A stretch of DNA of 14,370 nt from Sulfurimonadaceae bacterium (GTDB taxonomy: Bacteria > Campylobacterota > Campylobacteria > Campylobacterales > Sulfurimonadaceae). Positions 13,799-14,370 of this stretch are shown here, in pieces (position 1 is the stretch's first letter; each line of letters starts with the position of its first letter). Under the pieces are notes generated by a model that saw only the letters and a program-made list of their open reading frames with translations, was not told where the DNA came from and made no database searches. Where the stretch lies: the NCBI GenBank assembly GCA_041548245.1, contig JBFESZ010000047.1, positions 1-14,370 on the forward strand, in the 5' to 3' direction. Made by a program: the position numbers and the translations under genes.

Positions 13799-14370
13799 TT
13801 AAAATTTGATAGAGAGGTAAAAACTCAATTCAAAGTGATTGTCATCAGATAAATATTTGTTCTTTTTGTAGATTGCATATGGCGGTTTTGTGGTTGTCTC
13901 ATAGTCACTGTTTGGCAGCCATTCATTATAAAGCCAGTGCATGAACTTCAGCAGATCACCATCGGTCCCGCTTAAGTCGAATTTGGCATAGGTTCCCTCT
14001 GATATCTTAAACTTTGGCAGCCGTTCGTTCTCAGGTACATTCGCATCATCAACTTGTATACAAGCGACATATTGACATTCATCCAAATGCGTTATTGCCG
14101 GATTGTCATGAAAAAGCGCAATATGCTTATAGTGTTCTATATTGTTACTGTAGGTCCATGTCTGTATTTTTTGCCATGTCTTTCTAACTTCGTCGTTATA
14201 TCCTCTGTGTCTGATGTAATACGCTTCGATCTGAGGCATTTTTACGATGCTTGGTTCCAGGTTGTCAAAGTTTGCATTTGACTCTTTTGCCTTTGGTGAC
14301 TCTGCCAGAAGGTTCTTTGAATAGGTTTTATATCCACCTTTTCTCCACGCGGTAGGGGTCATGAGAAAAC
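13799..14370 (-). CDS. AraC-family transcriptional regulator with C-terminal GyrI-like effector-binding domain; N-terminus beyond the window
   Basis: The frame is open to the window edge (..F-L-M-T-P-T-A-W-R-K, matching the end of an AraC second HTH, F.K.FG.TP..WR). Then a GyrI-like domain: YIRHRGY, FHDNPAIT...CQYVAC, GTYAKF, WLYNEWLPNSDY. Confidence 0.85.
   Translation of the reverse strand, partial: FLMTPTAWRKGGYKTYSKNLLAESPKAKESNANFDNLEPSIVKMPQIEAYYIRHRGYNDEVRKTWQKIQTWTYSNNIEHYKHIALFHDNPAITHLDECQYVACIQVDDANVPENERLPKFKISEGTYAKFDLSGTDGDLLKFMHWLYNEWLPNSDYETTTKPPYAIYKKNKYLSDDNHFELSFYLSIKF

Noticed and set aside
11417-14281. Alternative-frame ORFs 11417-11605, 12647-12841 and 14054-14281
   Set aside because: Nested in proB, the porin and the AraC gene, with no motifs.
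14360-14362. ATG 14362 as the start of a standalone GyrI-like protein
   Set aside because: The frame stays open to the edge and this Met sits in the AraC HTH end motif, so the gene is truncated by the window.

Overview
AT-rich (roughly 40% GC by eye) chromosomal window whose proteins look Campylobacterota-like (Sulfurovum/Sulfurimonas type; taxon inferred from the MOMP-type porin, PUA-less ProB and Helicobacter-type PutA). It has four blocks. (1) The end of a nitrate-assimilation-type cluster: a 5'-truncated NarK/NasA MFS transporter, an AlgE/alginate-export-like beta-barrel and a membrane-anchored PP2C phosphatase/Ser-Thr kinase fusion. (2) An HspR-like MerR-family regulator transcribed divergently from a probable five-gene operon: monoheme cytochrome c, membrane-anchored TPR protein, putA, putP, proB. 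The shared promoter region has three phased TACA-N7-TGTA boxes. (3) A 540-bp intergenic region with two copies of a 17-bp palindrome, each about 30 nt upstream of a -10 box, plus a candidate small RNA/leader, followed by a major outer membrane porin and a strong hairpin. (4) A convergent, truncated AraC/GyrI-like regulator. The best candidate for an undescribed system is the MerR-cytochrome c-TPR-putA-putP-proB unit, which couples proline catabolism to the first enzyme of proline synthesis. Second is the dual-promoter/anti-RBS RNA element upstream of the porin. No mobile elements, CRISPR arrays, tRNA or rRNA were seen. All calls come from reading motifs by eye; no searches were run.
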